Below are positions 58,118-64,000 of a DNA stretch of 64,000 nucleotides, in pieces (within the stretch, counting starts at the first letter, position 1; the number at the start of each line of letters is the position of its first letter). The notes below the pieces were generated by a model. The model was given only the letters and a program-made list of their open reading frames with translations. It was not told the origin of the DNA and did not search any database. Both the position numbers and the translations under genes were made by a program. The stretch comes from Chrysomallon squamiferum (Eukaryota > Animalia > Mollusca), in assembly GCA_012295275.1 (NCBI GenBank), contig CM022677.1, forward strand, positions 10,478,001 to 10,542,000, given 5' to 3'.

Positions 58118-61100
58118 TACATACGCAGACATGCACACAATGAATTTTATATTTATTTTTTAAATTATTAAAATACAGGTTAAGTTAGAAATGTATAATG
58201 TTATTCAAATTATGTCACTCATTTTTGTAACTCAGAAGTAAGAAATAGGTTCAAAATACAGTTTGTATATAATACTATACCACATAATAGTATGTGTGTG
58301 TGTTCTTTCAATGCAATGAACCATTTGGCAGACTGGGCTTGAAACATCTAAACTGTAAAATATTTTTCAGTTTCCTTTTTAATTTTTTAATTTTCCTTAT
58401 TACCAAAGTGTTGGACCATCGTGTATATATTTTAACAAATTCTGAGAAGTAAAAGTTGAAAAAGTTTCTTTTATTGCAAGTAAATTAAATGGTGCAGCAA
58501 AATCTGGAATTCTAGCTAGTTCTCTTCATTAATTTGTTTATTTATTTCTATATTATTTGTTTATATGCTTATTTATTAATTTATTTGCTTGCTTCCTTAT
58601 TTATATATTTTCCTAGATGTGTTTGGTTTTTAATTTATATATATTTATTTTCATATGCTTAAATGCAAAAGCAATTACAATGAATTGCATTGGTATTAAT
58701 CAAGAAGATATCATTTATTTATCCATTAGTCAGAAAATAGGTACAATTCTTTAGGTTATATGCCTGTACCATTTCAGCATGTTATAAGAAATGTGTAATT
58801 GATAATATTAGCTTACTTGCTTATACATTTTCTTATTTATAATATTCATAAAATTACTTACTTATATTTTCCATTGGCATCTGGATCAAATAAGTAATCT
58901 TTCTAAACAGTCTTAATACTGTTATTTTTACAGAGAACAAATATCACTGGTTCTGTTTCATTTAACTAATTTAATTTGCACTGAAAGAATCAAAATAAGA
59001 GATTGTTTGACTGATATTACAAGAGAGATAGACTTATATATCAATATCTAAACCTATATATGTGTGTGTGTTTAGTTTGAGCTAGATATACTTGTAATCT
59101 CTTTGTTTTGACTGTCTAAATGGAAATAAAAAAAAATAAAAAAATAAAAATAAATTGATAAACTGTTATGATAAACTGTAATGAGATAGGCATATTTATA
59201 TAACCTTTTAATGTTTTGGCTGCCTGAATAGAAATAAGACATATAAATATATAATTAAATAAAGAAGTAAAAAAATAGAGAAAGAAAAACGTATATGATA
59301 AGCCATAATGAAAATGGACATATTTATATAACCTTTTAATATTTTGACTGCCTGAATGGAAAATAAAACACAACAGAAAAATTGATAATACAAAGTCACA
59401 ATGAGATAGGCATAGTTATATTAAATAGAAGTAAGATGTGAAGAAGAAAAAACAAATATTACAAATGAGGTGAAACATTTATTAAAAAGATCAAATTAGT
59501 TGATATAATAAGTGAGTCTTGATTGACTTTTGATCTTTTTATAGTTTCAAAGAAATAAAATGTAGTCAGAAGTGAAAAATCAGTTGATATGATAAATTGA
59601 GTTTATTATTCATATATAGCATTTTATATTTACCCAGCTGAAGTAGGTCAGGAATTCAAGGTGACATACAGTAACAACAACAACAACAACAATAATAAAT
59701 ATATAATAAAATAATATAGGACATATATTCATTTTCTGTTGAAGGGAAGGAGAGGTATGTCAAATAAACCATACATACACATACCTAATAATAATATAAT
59801 ATATATAAATAAATAAATAAATAAATAAACAAAATTCTTAATATAAAATAAATAAAAAGAGTATACTTATCTTCTATTCAGGGTCTAAACTTGGGCAGGT
59901 TTGTGATGTCAACACTGTGTGTTCTGTGCCAGGGAGTGGCTGTGGTCTGGATGGGAGGTGCCACTGTGGGGGAGACACCCCTCGTCAAACTTCTGATGGA
60001 TTTTGTGCACCCGCTCAACAAAAACTCGTAGGGGAACAATGTCAGAATTTTTTCTCTTGCATGACCTTTGTTACACTGTGTAACCATGGTTACTGTCAAT
60101 GCATGAAAGGGTTTAGAAATGCCACTGAAGAAGAAATATTTGCCAAACCTGAAAAATGGAGAGAACTTGGAAAATGCAGACCAAACGATTATTCACCAGA
60201 GACTCAGTCTGGTTAGTATATGAGCACTTGATCGGGTTTATTGCATTTGGCTTTTATTATTTTGGAATGATTTAATTTTTGATTTTACAATCTGATCGTG
60301 ATCTTTTTATTTTATTTGCATGATCGGCTGTATCCAACACAAATTTGTAGTTTTGGTGGTAACAAGAAATATCTTAATAGTTACAAATTATTTAGGTAGT
60401 TTCAAATTATTATGTAAATTTGTTTCAAAAATAAATAAATAAATAAATAAATAAATATATAAATAAATAAATAAGTAAATAAATAAATAAATAAATAAAA
60501 CATCACTTTTCCAGTTGTTAAGGATACAAATAGCAGCCTTCAGAGGTTGCCCAAAATAGTAAAATTAAAAACTTGAAAGTATAAACATACATAATATTTA
60601 TTCAAAGAGGAATAGATTCAGTTTACGTTGTGAAGGTTATAAAACATGGTTTACTAATGTTCAGTGTTATAACATACTTTACTGTTAATACAGGGAGGCT
60701 GCCCAAAACTATAAAATTAAAAGGTTAAAGTATAAATAATTTCAGTTAGGCTACTCATTCATCAGACCACTGCTGTAAACTGAATTCCACTTGTGTATGG
60801 TGGATTCCTAATGCTTAATATTATTTTATACTTTATTATTATTAAAGTAAGGCTGCTCAAAACTATAACATTAAAAACTTTGAAGTATGAATAATTTCAA
60901 TAAGACTATTCATCCATACTGGGTTGTTATTTTCTGTTTTTAACCACACGCACTAATGGTAGTTGCCAGCTTGTAATGATTATCGATGCAACGTCAGTTT
61001 TCACTTATAAACCAAACATAATAAACAGTGGTCTGATAATGTCAAATAGTTATTTAAGCTTAAGTGTAATGCTTACTGTTTATGGTTATTCAAGTAAGTA

Positions 61101-61734
61101 AAGTAATATTTTTCAGCCGATGGTTATGCATGGGGTAACACATTATTATTATTTTTTTTAATTTTATGTGTAATATAAATATTATTATCTGGGTGATTGG
61201 ATGTGCAGTTTTAATTATGTTTAGGATTTGTGCAAATACTGCAAGTAAAGATTTATTTTGGTTGTAACGATTCTGCATGGATGATGGCTAAAGCTTGGTT
61301 GTGTATGTTCTCTGACTGGATGCCCCCCCCCTGCACGCCACTGACAAGATGTCTGCTGTTAGATTGCACAGTTGCATGACAATAGAATTCAAATAAAAGT
61401 TTACTTTGTGTTTCCTGCACTAGTACCACACCTACATATTTAGAATACATTATTAAGTTTATATATTACAGTAATTAATTATACTTAACTGTATTGGAAC
61501 AATGTTTTGTGATCATCATGATCTTTATCATAACCACTGCCAATATCATAATCATAATAGTCATCAACATCATCCCATCATCAATATGCCATCAGCTATT
61601 ACGATCATTATGGTTTATATTACCATCATCACAATTAGAATATAAATATCATCAACATTTTTCTGATTATTACTACGTTTTCTTTCAGATGATGGAAAAA
61701 AATGCATAATTGGTAAGCTTCAAATTTTTACTAT

Positions 61735-61769
<35 letters not shown>

Positions 61770-61799
61770 CATATATATCAACATATCCAGCTGTCTACT

Positions 61800-61856
<57 letters not shown>

Positions 61857-63541
61857 ACACACATATATCTATATGTATTTATATATGCATATTATTTGCA
61901 GCTAAAGTTGGTGATGTTTGCAATGACACAGTAATATGTCCCCTGCACTCAGTGTGTATCAATGCTTCAGGAGGTTGTGGTAGGCGATGTTGGTGTGAAT
62001 CTGGTTATGCTCCTTATAGCTCCACAACCCTTGAGAAATGTGTTCCAGGTCAGAGTTTGTTTTATAGTAATAACAATAATAATAATACAACAATAAAAAA
62101 AAGCAATAATAATAATACTAATAATAACAACAACAGTAATAACAATAACAATAATATTAATAACAATAATAAATAATACTAATAATAACAATAATAATAA
62201 TACAAATAATAACAATAAAACCAAGAAAATAATAATAATAATAATAATGAAAAGAAACATCTCATGTTTATTAATTTTATTTATTCTCTTTCAAAAGATT
62301 TACACCTCTCTCTCTGACCTGTCTGCCTTTTTCCTTTTCTTTTCTTCCTTTTCTTCATTGTTAATTGTTACTTGCAGATAGAATCTGAAATAATACATAA
62401 ACTTTGATAATTGTGTTTATTTATTTTTTGTTTATTTATTTATTTCATTTTTTTTTTGTTTAATTGTTTGTTTCTTATTTCATTCATTCATTCATTCATT
62501 CATTCATTCATTCTACGTTATGTTCCTATGCTATGTTTCATTCAGTTGTTGTTCTTTGGGAGCCATGTACAATTGGTACGAATCGATGTGGTGGATATGG
62601 AGTTGTCTGCCTTGACAACGAGTGTCAGTGTAGAAGTGGACTGGTAGCCACCTCAAACGGGTTTGGGTGTAAACCGAAACCAAACAAGTACTACAGCCTG
62701 TCACAACTAGGAGAAGCCTGTGATCCAAGCAAGCGAAAGTTCTGTTTTGATAAAGCGAATCAGGAGTGTGTGAATGGTTTCTGTCTGTGTAAAGCTGGTA
62801 AGAGGAATGCCACACTGGTTGATGTCAGAGCTCAGTACACAAATTTAGCCCAGTGCAGATTGAAATCTCAACCAGAAGGTAAGTATCAAATTCAGAAATA
62901 TTGTTATAACTTTTAATGTTTTAATTTATAATTATTATATTGTGTATATGTGTATTTATTTATTTACTTATTTATTGTGTGTATTTACTAATATATCCAC
63001 TGACCTATATATGTTTATTTATTTATTTATTTATTTATTATGGCTATATTCCACCAGTGACCTGTGTATAGTGTATTTATTTATTTATTTATTTATTTGT
63101 TCGACCATATATATTTATTTATTTATTTATTTCAGGCTATATTCCTCCAGTGACCTGTATTCAAGGAGTCATTCCTTTAGTGGCTGATCCCCCTGACTTT
63201 AAATCAGAAGCTGAAGGTAAAATTTGTTATCACACATACACGTATACTAGGACTAATATATAGGATATATAATAATATATATATATATTTTATTAGAACT
63301 AATATATAGGACGTATATCAGGACTAATATATAGGACATCTATTAGAACTAATATAGAGCAGCAATATGGTGGCAGCAGATGTGTTGTTAGTATTACTGG
63401 TTTTCAGTGTTTTCTGTGACTTGTGAGGTTTAAAATTAACATTGCAGGTTCCTCACCTTATCTGTTTTTCTATGTGTTGGTCCCAGCAGTACTGATTCTG
63501 ACAGCTGTGCTTGTAACTGTGAGCTCCATTATACGCAGAAG
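49265..63541 (+). CDS. Gene A3: membrane-tethered mucin with EB/EGF-like repeats, about 2200 aa if two 1-nt deletions are corrected; last exon outside the window. Exons 49265-49319, 49931-50080, 51327-51470, 51726-51908, 52169-52201, 52571-52711, 52961-53299, 53456-57698, 57854-57994, 59882-60211, 61689-61712, 61902-62048, 62546-62878, 63136-63216, 63448-63541
   Basis: Signal peptide MFVTCLIFVVVAHVQYIHG; internal extracellular exons are phase 1-1 with AG/GT borders and open frames apart from the mucin exon; TM exon present. Confidence 0.85.
49931..50080 (+). CDS. A3 7-Cys exon M
   Basis: ADVLKIWDSCKSTTDQCPVNSDCQVVGCLDKLCVCQSGTLPSSDRTACLT; 150 nt. Confidence 0.88.
51327..51470 (+). CDS. A3 6-Cys exon K
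   Basis: VVNLGESCTQSGQTCTKRAICKNGVCQCETGFVKSDDGKRCKEQSVFA; 144 nt. Confidence 0.88.
51726..51908 (+). CDS. A3 6-Cys exon L
   Basis: GEKYSLLGEACDDVFFFCEDARNQRCMSGICTCKTGYRPASDTEFFSLPTFTECVPNDFSI; 183 nt. Confidence 0.88.
   Translation: MRSILCLEKHVMMFFFSAKMHVIRDACREYARAKLVTGPPQTRNSSVCLRLLNVCLMTFL
52169..52201 (+). CDS. A3 33-nt micro-exon (GPSIQATVCLD, single Cys)
   Basis: ttccag|...|gtaagt; homologous to GESLQAECL at 17862-17888. Confidence 0.75.
52571..52711 (+). CDS. A3 7-Cys exon N
   Basis: IVDLGEKCYSNSNCFENAECARVGCVKKCRCKTGTIASDNFQSCLA; 141 nt. Confidence 0.88.
52961..53299 (+). CDS. A3 exon O (6-Cys + CPLC + 6-Cys)
   Basis: 339 nt; ttttcag| ... TTA G|gtacgt. Confidence 0.88.
53456..57698 (+). 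CDS. A3 giant mucin exon: Thr/Ser/Glu tandem repeats ETDTSTT[LV] (24 nt) and ETSTSEITSTTV (36 nt)
   Basis: cttcag|AA TAT TCA GAA ... AAA GCA G|gtaagt; 4243 nt, equal to 1415 codons minus two single-base deletions (about 55635 and 57137). Confidence 0.85.
57854..57994 (+). CDS. A3 exon B-short
   Basis: 141 nt; APINLDHACTDD...SACIK. Confidence 0.85.
59882..60211 (+). CDS. A3 exon C
   Basis: 330 nt, AG/GT borders. Confidence 0.88.
61689..61712 (+). CDS. A3 micro-exon D (DDGKKCII)
   Basis: 24 nt; Cys retained while its neighbours changed. Confidence 0.8.
61902..62048 (+). CDS. A3 exon E
   Basis: 147 nt, AG/GT borders. Confidence 0.86.
62546..62878 (+). CDS. A3 exon A
   Basis: 333 nt, AG/GT borders. 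Confidence 0.88.
63136..63216 (+). CDS. A3 exon F (GYIPPVTCIQGVIPLVADPPDFKSEAE)
   Basis: 81 nt, AG/GT borders. Confidence 0.82.
63448..63541 (+). CDS. A3 transmembrane exon
   Basis: GSSPYLFFYVLVPAVLILTAVLVTVSSIIRRR; 94 nt. Confidence 0.88.
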
Positions 63542-63621
63542 GTAAGCAAAACAAACAGAAAGACAGACTTAAAAATGTACAGACACACACACACACACAC
63601 ACTGTGACAGACAGACAAAAG

Positions 63622-63692
<71 letters not shown>

Positions 63693-64000
63693 GTAAGCAC
63701 TGATTACTATGGGTTACCAAGCAACCTTTTTAAAGATTTTGTTGTCCATGTCAGGCGAGTGGACAAAAGGTTTAAATCTGGTCCAGTTTCAACAGCAGCA
63801 TTTCTTGTTTGTGAGGATATGATTGGACTTTGTTTTCCTGTGCCAGTGTGCTCCTGAATATTGACTGTATGTCTATTGCCCCATCAGATGTACACAAGAT
63901 ACAGAATCTTCATACATAATACACACCCTCTCCATCTCTGTCAGTCTCACAGATATATAACAATAACATACACAGAAAAAGACAGTGTATTTAATAAGAA

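Overview
This is AT-rich, microsatellite-laden animal genomic DNA with spliceosomal GT-AG introns. It looks like an invertebrate and possibly a mollusc, but the organism cannot be determined from the sequence. The window is a tandem array of a two-gene cassette on the + strand, in the order A1 (3' part), B1, A2, B2, A3 (last exon beyond the window). Family A encodes a type-I membrane protein: signal peptide, EB/EGF-like Cys-rich modules, a very large Thr/Ser/Glu mucin exon (intact only in A3), more Cys modules, one TM helix and a short tail ending in FNNPSF. Family B is a related, apparently secreted paralog with EB-like modules, a shorter mucin exon and ShKT-like C-terminal modules; B2 is clearly decayed and B1 is reduced to a possible 158-aa minigene. 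Almost all extracellular exons are phase 1-1 and group into repeating 7C+6C+6C+1C triads, which are duplicated or deleted as whole units between copies. The window also holds a Tigger/pogo remnant, an hAT-type MITE, intronic inverted minisatellites and duplicated splice sites. Most ORFs in the supplied track are microsatellite or antisense artefacts. Exon boundaries were read by eye from splice signals and paralog comparison; no database search was possible.
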